Translations under genes and position numbers: made by a program
Part shown: positions 17,823 to 27,691 of the stretch, piece after piece
Layout: each line of letters begins with the position of its first letter
Numbering within the stretch: position 1 is the first letter of the stretch
IMG/VR virus record: IMGVR_UViG_3300037424_001472
Location: 1-42,391 of that record
Source: a virus
Lineage: Duplodnaviria > Caudoviricetes
Strand: one strand, 5' to 3'
DNA length: 42,391 nucleotides
Notes under the pieces: generated by a model
Databases searched by the model: none
What the model was told of the DNA's origin: nothing
Seen by the model: only the letters and a program-made list of their open reading frames with translations

Positions 17823-19856
17823 ATGGAAAATAATGATAAAATAATTGAGCTATACGATGGCTTTGGTAGAAATTCTGGGCGTAGTTTTGCGGCTCGTGAT
17901 AGGTGGCACAACATAGATAGTTATACTACAATACGAGATTCTTTCACAAGAATGGATTATGAAGAATTTCGTCCAGAAGAAAGCGTTGCCACACATTCTA
18001 AATCCATTATTCTTCAATGCATGAACGCATATCGCAAGGTAGGCATTATACGAAATGTTATAGATCTAATGGCAGATTTTGGGTCACAAGGAATTAGTTT
18101 AGTTCATTCGCAGAAATCTACTCAAAAATTTTACAGAGATTGGTTTTCTAAGGTTGGTGGAGCTGAACGATCTGAGCGATTCCTCAATTTATTATATCGT
18201 AGCGGAAACGTTATTATAAACAGGATTGAGGCAAAAATAAATAATAATATTTCTAAAAATATGACATCTTATTCTCGTAATAAGTCTATTGACCCAAAGA
18301 AGTTGGAAGATGTAGTAAAAAATACAATTCCTTGGCAATACACCTTTCTATCCCCATCTTCTATAGATATTATTAGCGGAAAACTTGGTTCTTTTGTGGG
18401 AAAACCAATTTATGCATTGAAAATCCCGCAACTATTAAAAGAAGTTGTTAATGCACCTTCTACGGAAATAGAGAAAAAACTAATTAGTCAATTGCCCGAT
18501 TATATTAAAAAAGCAATGAAGTCGGGCGAAACACATATTATTTTGGATAGTGATAATATAATTGCTAAACATTATAAAAAAGATGATTGGCAAGTTTGGG
18601 CGGACCCAATGATTTATGCTATTATTGATGATATTTTGTTATTAGAAAAACTTAAACTGTCGGATTTATCTGCTTTGGATGGAGTAATATCGCAAGTTCG
18701 TTTATGGAAATTGGGCAGTTTGGAGCATGAGGTTTATCCTACAGATGTTGGAGTTAATAAATTAAAAGAGGTTTTATCTAGCAATCCAGGTGCTGGTGCT
18801 TTTGATATTATTTGGGGTCCAGAATTAAGCCTGGAAGAATCCAATACCAATACTCATCAATTTTTAGGACCAATGAAATATGAACCTACGCTTAACAACA
18901 TATATGCTGGGCTTGGCATTCCCCCCACCCTTACCGGAAGCGGTAGTGCTGCTGGCTACACTAATAATTTCATATCTTTAAAAACTTTAGTTAAACGATT
19001 AGAGTATGGACGTTCTTTATTGACCGAATTTTGGAATGATGAAATAAAAATTGTTCAAAAGGCTATGGGTTTTCAAAAACCAGCCCGCGTTCAATATGAT
19101 AGAATGGTTCTTACTGACGAGGGTGCCGAAAAAGAATTAATGCTGAAATTATGGGATAGAAATCTTATTACAGACCAAACAATTCTGGAAAGATATGGCG
19201 AAGACCCCGATTTTGAGCAGATTGTCAACCAAAGAGAGGCTGAAGAAAGAATGTCTAATTTACGTCAAAGTAAAGCCAGCCCTTATCATATTACTGATAA
19301 AGAGCACGAATTAAAGAAAATAGCTTTAGGTCGCGGATTTATAAAACCCAGTCAATCTGGAATAGAAGTAAAAGAAAGTTATAAAGAAGAACCCTTCCTT
19401 ATTCCTTTACAACAAAAAGACAACGCTAAAATTCCAAATTCAAAAACTTCCCAACAACCAACTGGTCGTCCTAAAAATACCAAAGATAGTTATAAAAGAC
19501 AAAGAACCCCAAAAATCCGTACTTCCGCCGATGAATTATTATGGATAAAATCTACACAAAAGAAGATATCTAAAGTAGTTACGCCATATATACTTTCCTT
19601 TTTTAATAAAAAAAATCTAAGGTCTTTGACGACCGACGAGGTTTCCAAAGGGGAAATTATAAAATTTGCTATTTTAGCCCATATCCCAGCATATCAAAAT
19701 ATTACGAATGATGATATTGAAAAGTTGATAAAAACCACTACTAATTTACCTAACTCATTTCATGATAAATACTTAGAGTATACCGCAGGAAGAGATTATA
19801 CAATTGATGAACAGAGAGAAATACAGGCTTTAGTTTATTTAGAGGTAATGGAGTAG
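17823..19856 (+). CDS. Portal protein
   Basis: Follows TerL; AYRKVGIIRNVIDLMADF and IYAGLGIPPTLTG portal-type segments; 677 aa. Confidence 0.85.
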   Translation: MENNDKIIELYDGFGRNSGRSFAARDRWHNIDSYTTIRDSFTRMDYEEFRPEESVATHSKSIILQCMNAYRKVGIIRNVIDLMADFGSQGISLVHSQKSTQKFYRDWFSKVGGAERSERFLNLLYRSGNVIINRIEAKINNNISKNMTSYSRNKSIDPKKLEDVVKNTIPWQYTFLSPSSIDIISGKLGSFVGKPIYALKIPQLLKEVVNAPSTEIEKKLISQLPDYIKKAMKSGETHIILDSDNIIAKHYKKDDWQVWADPMIYAIIDDILLLEKLKLSDLSALDGVISQVRLWKLGSLEHEVYPTDVGVNKLKEVLSSNPGAGAFDIIWGPELSLEESNTNTHQFLGPMKYEPTLNNIYAGLGIPPTLTGSGSAAGYTNNFISLKTLVKRLEYGRSLLTEFWNDEIKIVQKAMGFQKPARVQYDRMVLTDEGAEKELMLKLWDRNLITDQTILERYGEDPDFEQIVNQREAEERMSNLRQSKASPYHITDKEHELKKIALGRGFIKPSQSGIEVKESYKEEPFLIPLQQKDNAKIPNSKTSQQPTGRPKNTKDSYKRQRTPKIRTSADELLWIKSTQKKISKVVTPYILSFFNKKNLRSLTTDEVSKGEIIKFAILAHIPAYQNITNDDIEKLIKTTTNLPNSFHDKYLEYTAGRDYTIDEQREIQALVYLEVME

Positions 19857-19933
19857 TTATTTGAAGTAATGGAGTAGTATTATTTTTTAATAAAATTTGA
19901 TAAAAAATATATTTTTTTTGAAGTTTTTAAAAT

Positions 19934-19946
19934 ATATCGTATAATA
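19934..19946 (+). promoter_or_regulatory. Putative late promoter ATATCGTATAATA
   Basis: About 37 nt upstream of the protease/scaffold gene. Confidence 0.75.
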
Positions 19947-19982
19947 TAAACAGAGTAATGTAGTACGCAATAAAGGTTTATA

Positions 19983-21419
19983 ATGAATATACCAATTTAT
20001 GATTCCGAACAAAATCTTTCTACGGAATTACAAAACAATATAGTTCAGGCGAGTTGCCAAATTTTATCTAGAAAAAGTCATTTAGATATTAATAAGTTAA
20101 GTTTGGCTTCTGAACATGACAAAGATTTATACCATTTATACACCATTATGGTATCTGCTGGTATAAATAAAAATGATGATGTGTTTACTAAAAAAGAATT
20201 GTGGGAAGCACGAGATACGCCAGTTGATAAACCATTAAATATTGAGCATTCCCCCAGAATAATCATAGGACACATTACGCAAAGTTCTATGATTGATGAT
20301 CAATATCAAGCAGTTAGTGAATATGAGGATAATGAAGACGAAAATGATGAAATCTATCATTTATTAACTGGCGGAGTAATTTATAAACATATAAATAGTA
20401 TTGATAAGGATTTGGAAAAGGAATGTAGTAAAATTATTGAAGAAATAGATAATGGTGAATGGTATGTATCAATGGAGTGTTTATTTACAGATTTTGATTA
20501 CGCCTTAATTCATCCGGTTTTTGGTAAAAGATTTATTGGAAGAAATGATTCAACATCCTTCTTAACTAAATATTTAAAAATATATGGTGGAGAAGGTTAT
20601 TATAACGGAATGAAGATTGGTAGAGTTCTAAAAGGTTTATTATTTAGTGGTAAGGGTCTGGTAAAAAACCCTGCTAATCCAAATAGTATTATTTTAAATA
20701 ACGTTCATTCTTTTGGAGGTGCTTATGCGTCTTTGGAAGATTTACAATTAATTAACAAACAAGGAGAATTAAATATGGCTAATGATTTTGAAGCCAAATA
20801 TAATGATTCGCAAAACGAAATTAAAGATCTTCGTGAGCGATTAGTAAAAGCTGGTGAAGAGCAGCATAAAAATGATCTAAAAATTAAAGACGAGGAAATT
20901 TCTCAACTTAATACTGAGATTGCTTCGCTAAAAGAAAAAATCACTGAACTTACTACACAGTTTAATGAAGTTTCCAAAGTAAAAGAAACTTTAGAGGTTG
21001 CAAAAGCTGGTATTGAAAAAGAGTTAAATGATAAAACAACTGAAATCGCCACTATTCAAGCTGAAAAAATTAAGATAGATCGTGTATCTATTTTAGTTAG
21101 TGCTGGAGTAGAAAAATCAGAAGCTGAAAAACTTACAGAGCGATTTTCTGGTGTAAGTGATGAGCAGTTTTCGGAAATTGTAGAATTACAAAAGAAAATT
21201 ATTGTTAGTGCGTCAGTAGTCGCTGATGAAAACGCTGATGAAGTTGTTGAAGATTCAACTGTTGAAGATGCAACCGTTGATGAAGAAGTTCTGGATAATG
21301 TAGAGGTGGAAGATTCTACCGCATTAGCGAGCGAAACTTCCGAAGAAGATGAAGACAAAGCCTTTATTAGTACTTTTGCTAGTTGGGCTGATAGTATTTT
21401 TCAAACAAAAGATAGTTAA
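19983..21419 (+). CDS. Prohead protease-scaffold fusion
   Basis: NKNDDVF, PLNIEH...IIGH, VSMEC and FSGKGLVKNPAN in the N-terminal domain; coiled coil and acidic tail; located between portal and capsid genes. Confidence 0.8.
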   Translation: MNIPIYDSEQNLSTELQNNIVQASCQILSRKSHLDINKLSLASEHDKDLYHLYTIMVSAGINKNDDVFTKKELWEARDTPVDKPLNIEHSPRIIIGHITQSSMIDDQYQAVSEYEDNEDENDEIYHLLTGGVIYKHINSIDKDLEKECSKIIEEIDNGEWYVSMECLFTDFDYALIHPVFGKRFIGRNDSTSFLTKYLKIYGGEGYYNGMKIGRVLKGLLFSGKGLVKNPANPNSIILNNVHSFGGAYASLEDLQLINKQGELNMANDFEAKYNDSQNEIKDLRERLVKAGEEQHKNDLKIKDEEISQLNTEIASLKEKITELTTQFNEVSKVKETLEVAKAGIEKELNDKTTEIATIQAEKIKIDRVSILVSAGVEKSEAEKLTERFSGVSDEQFSEIVELQKKIIVSASVVADENADEVVEDSTVEDATVDEEVLDNVEVEDSTALASETSEEDEDKAFISTFASWADSIFQTKDS

Positions 21420-21420
21420 G

Positions 21421-21448
21421 ATAATAATAATAATAATAATAATAATAA
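21421..21448 (+). repeat. (ATA)9 microsatellite abutting an RBS
   Basis: ATAATAATA... 28 nt, then CGGAGG and the ATG at 21463. Confidence 0.95.
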
Positions 21449-21462
21449 CGGAGGTTTAGATT

Positions 21463-21936
21463 ATGGCTCTCAAAGGTGATCGTACTGAAACTGTTCAGGA
21501 TATTAAATATTTCATGAATGAAGTAGCAGAGCGTGGCGGTATTGCACTTATGTCAACCGCTAGTTCTGGTGTTGGACTTGATAGTTCGACTCAATTAGCA
21601 ACCTACACATATGCTTCAGGAGCTTATGCATTAGGTATTCTTATGCAAGACATGGTTAATGTTGATCAGACAAAATATCACATTAATCAATATAAAGATG
21701 AAGCCCAAATGGGTAGCAAAGTTCGCATTTTGCGACAGGGTTGGGTTGTAACCGACATGGTTTATCCCGGTCATACCCCAACTGCTGGAGGTATTGGTTA
21801 TGTGGGACATAGTGGTTATATTGCTGCATCTGATGTTAATCCTGATGCTGCTAATTTAGCTGTTGGTCGTTTTGAAACTACAAAAGATGAAGATGGTTAT
21901 GTTAACTTCTATGTTAACCTACCAAACATCGGTTAA
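21463..21936 (+). CDS. Probable head decoration/cement protein
   Basis: 157 aa, beta-rich and Gly-rich, immediately before the major capsid gene; strong GGAGG RBS. Confidence 0.65.
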   Translation: MALKGDRTETVQDIKYFMNEVAERGGIALMSTASSGVGLDSSTQLATYTYASGAYALGILMQDMVNVDQTKYHINQYKDEAQMGSKVRILRQGWVVTDMVYPGHTPTAGGIGYVGHSGYIAASDVNPDAANLAVGRFETTKDEDGYVNFYVNLPNIG

Positions 21937-21974
21937 TATTTATTTATAATAAAATAACATAGGAGATAATAAAC

Positions 21975-22982
21975 ATGCAAGAAAGAATTCAGCCTACTGA
22001 GGAAATGAAAAATCTTTTAGTTCTCAGTGGTTCAGACGATGAAAATGTAGCTTATGCCGCACAGCGTAAATTAGCTATGGCTCTAACTTTACCTTTACGC
22101 AAAGGTATTATGAATGGTAATAATTTTGAGGGAATTTTTGAGCAGATTCCTATTACCGATGGTACTATGGGAACAGTTGAATATCCGTTAGATATTCTTG
22201 CTCCTGGTACAGAAAAGGATTTTGTGGCTTACACAATTCCTAATGCTGGTTATCTACCTCAGCGATCTGTTGAGAGTGATTATGTTCGTGTACCAACCTA
22301 CGAGATTGGTAACGCAATTGATTGGTTGCTTAAGTATGCCAGAAATGCACGTTGGGATATTGTAAGTCGTTGTCTTAATATTCTTCGTGCTGGATTTACA
22401 GTTAAGCTAAACAACGATGCTTGGCATACAATCATTATGGCTGCTGTTGATCGTAACATCGTGGTTTATGACGGTGATGCAGAAGCGGGTCAGTTTACCA
22501 AACGTTTAGTTTCTTTAGCTAAAGTACTAATGCGACGTAACGGTGGTGGTAATTCTACTTCGATTGATAGAGGTCAGTTAACCGATATCTATCTTTCTCC
22601 TGAAGGCATCGAAGATATTCGTAACTGGAACGTTGATCAGGTAGACGATCAGACTCGGCGTGAGATTTATCTTGCTCCCGATGATGGTCTTACCAACATT
22701 TATAATGTTCGACTCCACACTCTTGATGAGCTTGGTGTTGGTCAACCTTATCAAAATTACTTTACCTCTACTCTTTCTGGCAATTTAGCATCTGGCGATG
22801 TTGAGTTAGCCATTGGACTAGATCTAAGTAAAAATGATTCTTTTGTTATGCCAGTTGATGAATCGTTAAAAATTTATCCTGATCCTACTCTTCATAGAAT
22901 GAGAAAAGAAGGATACTACGGTTGGCAGTCGCAGGGATTTGCGATATTAGATTCCAGGCGTATCCTCGCTCTAAGTTATTAA
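21975..22982 (+). CDS. Major capsid protein (HK97-like fold inferred)
   Basis: 335 aa, strong AGGAG RBS, position after protease/decoration, followed by a terminator. Confidence 0.85.
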   Translation: MQERIQPTEEMKNLLVLSGSDDENVAYAAQRKLAMALTLPLRKGIMNGNNFEGIFEQIPITDGTMGTVEYPLDILAPGTEKDFVAYTIPNAGYLPQRSVESDYVRVPTYEIGNAIDWLLKYARNARWDIVSRCLNILRAGFTVKLNNDAWHTIIMAAVDRNIVVYDGDAEAGQFTKRLVSLAKVLMRRNGGGNSTSIDRGQLTDIYLSPEGIEDIRNWNVDQVDDQTRREIYLAPDDGLTNIYNVRLHTLDELGVGQPYQNYFTSTLSGNLASGDVELAIGLDLSKNDSFVMPVDESLKIYPDPTLHRMRKEGYYGWQSQGFAILDSRRILALSY

Positions 22983-22996
22983 TACATAAGGACTTA
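22972..22996. promoter_or_regulatory. TAAGT-N15-ACTTA palindromic site, copy 3
   Basis: TAAGT-tattaatacataagg-ACTTA spans the capsid gene stop codon. Confidence 0.45.
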
Positions 22997-23029
22997 CGTT
23001 GGGGGTTTTTACCCCCAGCGTATTTTTTT
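22997..23029 (+). terminator. Intrinsic terminator after the capsid gene
   Basis: CGTTGGGGGT-TTTT-ACCCCCAGCG-TA followed by a T-run. Confidence 0.9.
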
Positions 23030-23074
23030 GTATACATTGTTATATATATTTTCCATATTTTCAACCAATGATGC

Positions 23075-23111
23075 TTGACAAATTGACCAAATTTAGATAT
23101 ACTATTATAGT
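23075..23111 (+). promoter_or_regulatory. Two overlapping sigma70-type promoters
   Basis: TTGACA(23075)-N17-TATACT and TTGACC(23083)-N17-TATAGT. Confidence 0.8.
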
Positions 23112-23151
23112 ATACTAACATAATATATCATTTAGGAGAGTAATAAAGTTT

Positions 23152-24396
23152 ATGTCAAGTAAAGATAACAATACCAAGAAAAAAGATTATATTGGAAAGA
23201 AGTATGGAAATGTTACGGTTTTAGAAAAAACCAACGAAAAAAAACATAATCGTCCACTATATTTATGTAAGTGTGATTGCGGAACAGATTTTTTGTGCAC
23301 TATATCAACCCTAACATCTGGTGACAAAAAATCGTGCGGATGTAAAAGAAAATTAGATTTAACCAATAAAAAGTTTGGACGCCTTACGGCAATAAAACCA
23401 GAAGGAGTTGACAATAGAGGTAATGTCTTATGGTTATGTCAATGCGATTGTGGTAATTATAGTAAGGTGGTCGCTACAGAACTATCTGGTGGTAGAACAC
23501 AATCTTGTGGATGTGTTAGACTAGAAAAAGCTAAGATATCAAAGCATAGAAAAGATTATTCTGGTCAGAAATTTGGTTATTTAGTAGTTATAGAAAAACT
23601 GAATGAAAAATCAAGACCTGGCGAATATTTTTATTTATGCGAATGTGAATGTGGAAAACAGATAAAAACTACTATCGCCCCATTATTATGTGGAGACAGA
23701 GTTTCTTGTGGGTGTAAAAGAAGGGATGATCTAATAGGAAAAACATTTGGTAGGTGGACAGTATTGGAATATGTTGGAAATAGACAACATAAATGTATAT
23801 GCGAGTGCGGTAATGAAGGGGTTGTTTTTAGTAGTAATTTAGTGGATAGTAGTAGTCAATCTTGTGGATGTTTGGCAAACGAACTAACATCTCAAAACAA
23901 ACTAAAGGATATTACGGGGTTGAGGTCTGGCAAATTAGTAGCTCAAAAATTGATGGATGATAGAGATAACGCTGGAAATGCTATATGGGAATGTTTATGT
24001 GATTGTGGTAGAATATCTCACGTAAGATCTAAAGATATATCGGCTAAAACAACACAATCCTGCGGTAACTGTGGAACATTCATTCGTGGAATCAGAGTGT
24101 CCAAACCACAAATGCTATTACATAAATTATTGGGCCGTGGTGTTATCAACTTCAAAACTCGTTGTGGTTTACGCCCAGATATAGCTTTTGTTTATAACGG
24201 AAGAAAAATTGCGGTGGAATACGACGAAATGGTATGGCACGACCCAACCAAAGATTTAGAAAAAACCAAACGACTACTAAAAGATGGTTGGAAAGTTTTA
24301 AGATTTCTTGTTAATGATGTTCAGCCAGACCAATCCATGATTGATGAAACAGAAAGATTCTTAAATACGGAATGTGATCATTTTAGTATAAAATAA
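23152..24396 (+). CDS. Putative homing endonuclease: five Cys-rich repeats plus a C-terminal Vsr/DUF559-like PD-(D/E)XK domain
   Basis: Five DxxGxxFGxLTV...CxCDCG...SCG repeats; RPDIAF...IAVEYDEMVWH...GWKVLRF. Confidence 0.8.
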   Translation: MSSKDNNTKKKDYIGKKYGNVTVLEKTNEKKHNRPLYLCKCDCGTDFLCTISTLTSGDKKSCGCKRKLDLTNKKFGRLTAIKPEGVDNRGNVLWLCQCDCGNYSKVVATELSGGRTQSCGCVRLEKAKISKHRKDYSGQKFGYLVVIEKLNEKSRPGEYFYLCECECGKQIKTTIAPLLCGDRVSCGCKRRDDLIGKTFGRWTVLEYVGNRQHKCICECGNEGVVFSSNLVDSSSQSCGCLANELTSQNKLKDITGLRSGKLVAQKLMDDRDNAGNAIWECLCDCGRISHVRSKDISAKTTQSCGNCGTFIRGIRVSKPQMLLHKLLGRGVINFKTRCGLRPDIAFVYNGRKIAVEYDEMVWHDPTKDLEKTKRLLKDGWKVLRFLVNDVQPDQSMIDETERFLNTECDHFSIK

Positions 24397-24422
24397 TATA
24401 AAAAATAAATAAAGGATATCTT

Positions 24423-24878
24423 ATGGCAGACCAAACTCTAATTAACGAAATAACAAACGATCCATTGGGACGTGGATATAGTGGAATGATGGATTCCGAA
24501 ATTTACACCTCTTTAACTACAGAAAACATTAGCGTTCCTTATACCCGATTTATTTCTTTGAGAGGATGTGCTTCCGTATTATCGGATATAGAATATGCAA
24601 CCTTTAAAGCATTTTTGACTACCGTTGCTGGATACGGAGATAGATATACAGATATGGTAAATATGTTGTCTTTGCCATGTAATGATGATGGTGATACTGG
24701 TGGGCTAGATTTTGGTTGTAATGATGTAAGATCACTAATTGATAATTTTGGTATTATAGAAGGTATGTCTACTGCCGCCACAAATTTAAAAGCTTTAGCC
24801 GAACACAATATTGGTAGGATGGCTCAACTTGGCGGGTCATGGCGTTTATTAGACATTATTCGTGCTCGTAGAGCATAG
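24423..24878 (+). CDS. Hypothetical virion-associated protein (151 aa)
   Basis: AAGGA RBS; within the structural region. Confidence 0.7.
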   Translation: MADQTLINEITNDPLGRGYSGMMDSEIYTSLTTENISVPYTRFISLRGCASVLSDIEYATFKAFLTTVAGYGDRYTDMVNMLSLPCNDDGDTGGLDFGCNDVRSLIDNFGIIEGMSTAATNLKALAEHNIGRMAQLGGSWRLLDIIRARRA

Positions 24879-24889
24879 GAGTATAAAAA

Positions 24890-25312
24890 ATGGGTAGCCT
24901 ATATTATGATTGGGATGCGAGCTGGACACCGCTTACACACTCAGTAGGAACCGACATATCTAATTATGACTTGAAAGATGAGGCAACTTTGACATCCGAC
25001 GCCCTATCTTTAGATAATAAAGTGGCGGTTGAGCTTTCGGCAAAATTTGCTGAAACAGCAGGTGCCGCATGTGATGAAAATTTATATTTGTATGTTTTGA
25101 GAGATACTGATGGTACAAACTATCAAACCATAAATGATAAACCGGCTTTGGGTGCTATAATTGATCCTAGCGGCTACAATAGTGTTAATTATAAAGCATT
25201 TACTGTTGACGCTGGAGAAGTTTCTTCGCTAAAAGTGTTGGTTGATAATAATTGTGGGCAAAGCGGTAATTTAACAATGATGTATAGATATGCGGTTATG
25301 ACTACGGTATAG
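24890..25312 (+). CDS. Hypothetical virion-associated protein (140 aa)
   Basis: AGGAG RBS; beta-rich; within the structural region. Confidence 0.7.
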   Translation: MGSLYYDWDASWTPLTHSVGTDISNYDLKDEATLTSDALSLDNKVAVELSAKFAETAGAACDENLYLYVLRDTDGTNYQTINDKPALGAIIDPSGYNSVNYKAFTVDAGEVSSLKVLVDNNCGQSGNLTMMYRYAVMTTV

Positions 25313-25314
25313 TA

Positions 25315-26088
25315 ATGCCTATCCAACGCCCAGAAAACTTCCGTTTTAATCCTTTTAGCACATTGGCCACCGGCTTAATGTCTGCTGGGCTCGGGTTTCG
25401 TGGTTCAGACAAAACAACGTATTATCGGGACTCCTCCCTATACGGCAATCATGGGGTATTAACAAACATGGACCCGGCGACTGACTGGGTGTGGGATGAT
25501 TACCTGGGGCGGTGGGGCATAAACGATCGGGCGTCAACTAGTATCACGCTGGCAACGCCAAAAGTATTTCCTCCGATTTGGACTTGCTCTTTGTGGTGTC
25601 GCGGAAATGGGGGTGATTATAGATTTCATGGTGCGTACGGCAACGGGGTCAACCGAAATCAGATGTTGATGGTGCGCGAAAACGCTATCGTATACGTGTA
25701 CTACGACGATTACAGTTTAACGTCATGGGCAACAACGGTTTCTGGATTGCATCACTGGGCAATGGTATTTGATGGTACGAATCTAGAGCTGTGGAAAGAT
25801 GGCGTTTCGCTTGGCGCACAATTAGCAACTGGTACATTTACCCTTACTGCGGGATCTGTGTTTTCGACCACGGCTTCCGTTACTCCATATGGCAATCATG
25901 ACCTACTCATCCACAATCGCGTCCTCTCCCCCTCCGAAATCTCCCAACTCGCCTATCCCTCGAACGTGATGCTATCCGGCCTGCTGTTGCCACCGACGCG
26001 AAAATTATGGTCTGTAGCAACAACTGAGACACCATTGATTTATTCTAAACGATTAACACCACTACAACTATTTAATAATATATATTAA
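25315..26088 (+). CDS. LamG/concanavalin A-like lectin-fold protein
   Basis: DSSLYGNHGVL, WTCSLW, LHHWAMVFDGTNLELWKDG and LLIHNRVLSPSEI are typical of Laminin_G_3. Confidence 0.85.
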   Translation: MPIQRPENFRFNPFSTLATGLMSAGLGFRGSDKTTYYRDSSLYGNHGVLTNMDPATDWVWDDYLGRWGINDRASTSITLATPKVFPPIWTCSLWCRGNGGDYRFHGAYGNGVNRNQMLMVRENAIVYVYYDDYSLTSWATTVSGLHHWAMVFDGTNLELWKDGVSLGAQLATGTFTLTAGSVFSTTASVTPYGNHDLLIHNRVLSPSEISQLAYPSNVMLSGLLLPPTRKLWSVATTETPLIYSKRLTPLQLFNNIY

Positions 26089-26136
26089 TTATTCAACAAC
26101 ATATATTAATATAAAAAATTTATCAAAGGTATAATT

Positions 26137-27678
26137 ATGGGACTATATGGAACACCCCTCACTCTAACATATACAGCATGGAATACCTCAATAAATAGTG
26201 GTGTTATTGGAGATTCCGCCAATCATACATTATATTGGATTAAAGATGGTGCGGCTTCAGTAGTAACTAACGCTCCAGCAGAAGTAGACGGAGCAAACAT
26301 TCCAGGAGTATACAAACTATTAATTAGTGATGCGGAAGCCCAATGTGTTTTTGGTAGTTTAGCCGGTAAAAGTTCTACACCTCATGTTAGCATAATTCCT
26401 TCATCGCTACCATTTGAAAAATTACCAAATGCTTTACCGGGAACATACGGTGGACTACCAACTACAGATTCCAATAATTATGTTTTGGGTATATCGGGAG
26501 TAATAAATAATTTTGATGGTTTAAACAACTTTAATCCTGCATCAGATACAGTCGTAAATGTAACAAATATAACCACATTGGGTGATTCTGGAAATATCGC
26601 TCAAGCAAACTGGGAATATATAGACAGAACCCTTACTACAGACACCAATATAAACTATCCAACATCTGGAGAAATAGCGGGATCGGTTTGGGAATCGGTA
26701 TCAGCAAATTATAATACGGCTGGAACTTTCGGTTCAACAAATCAGATTGGGGTTCCCAGTGCAACATTAGATGATTATAAAGCTACTGGATTTTCTACAC
26801 ATTCCGCATCAGATGTGTGGAGTTCACCAAGTAGAACGCTTACCGATGCCGTTAATTTATCTGGAATTATAGCCCAAACAGTATGGGAGTATGGAACGCG
26901 AGTACTCACTGCTGGAACCAATCTAAATGATATTGCAGCATCTGATGTATGGTCTTATGTAGACCGTGTATTAACTTCTGGTACCGTTGAAGATATTTGG
27001 TCTGCCGCCGTAAGAACTTTAACCGCAAATACTAATTTGGATATTGTTGGTACAGGAGATATTAGTAAATCGGTATGGGAATATAGCGATAGACAACTAA
27101 CTGATGGTTATTATAATAATATTTATGATATTCATATTAGTGGTGCATTAGACAATATTGGTAGTTCTGGAGATATAGCTTCCTCAACATGGAATTACGC
27201 AACAAGAATTCTTACCGCTGATACCAACATAAATTATCCTTCAATATATCAAATTGCTTCGGAAGTTTCTGGTGTATTAACAACAGATCATGGTACTGGA
27301 GCTTGGACTACGGCTAATGTATCTAATTTAGCCACTACAGAACAACTTATGTCTGTGTCTGGTGACATTATTATTAATAATAATATACTTACTTATAATA
27401 GCGGTATTATCAATAACATAAACGATTATACAGTTAGTAGTGGTGTTTCTCTTACTACTTCCGAATATACCACAATTGCTGATACAATATTAGAAAGAAG
27501 TATGTCTAATGTTGAAGATACAGCTACAGAATATACATTATGTTCGTTGATATTAGCGGGATTAAACTCTAATGTTGCTGGAACTACACGATATATCAAG
27601 AAAACTACAGGTGGAGCATTTGTAAGTCAAACTGTCACAACCGACGCTTCAGCCTCACCAATCACTGGAGTTAGCTAA
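26137..27678 (+). CDS. Ser/Thr/Gly-rich virion fibre-like protein with VWxYxxRxLT repeats
   Basis: Seven W-x4-R-x-L-T repeats, e.g. NWEYIDRTLT, VWEYGTRVLT, VWSYVDRVLT, TWNYATRILT. Confidence 0.7.
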   Translation: MGLYGTPLTLTYTAWNTSINSGVIGDSANHTLYWIKDGAASVVTNAPAEVDGANIPGVYKLLISDAEAQCVFGSLAGKSSTPHVSIIPSSLPFEKLPNALPGTYGGLPTTDSNNYVLGISGVINNFDGLNNFNPASDTVVNVTNITTLGDSGNIAQANWEYIDRTLTTDTNINYPTSGEIAGSVWESVSANYNTAGTFGSTNQIGVPSATLDDYKATGFSTHSASDVWSSPSRTLTDAVNLSGIIAQTVWEYGTRVLTAGTNLNDIAASDVWSYVDRVLTSGTVEDIWSAAVRTLTANTNLDIVGTGDISKSVWEYSDRQLTDGYYNNIYDIHISGALDNIGSSGDIASSTWNYATRILTADTNINYPSIYQIASEVSGVLTTDHGTGAWTTANVSNLATTEQLMSVSGDIIINNNILTYNSGIINNINDYTVSSGVSLTTSEYTTIADTILERSMSNVEDTATEYTLCSLILAGLNSNVAGTTRYIKKTTGGAFVSQTVTTDASASPITGVS

Positions 27679-27691
27679 GGGAATATAAAAA

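Noticed and set aside
15485-22982. Introns, inteins or stop-codon reassignment in core genes
   Set aside because: TerL, portal and capsid ORFs are continuous, of plausible length in the standard code, and show no intein motifs.
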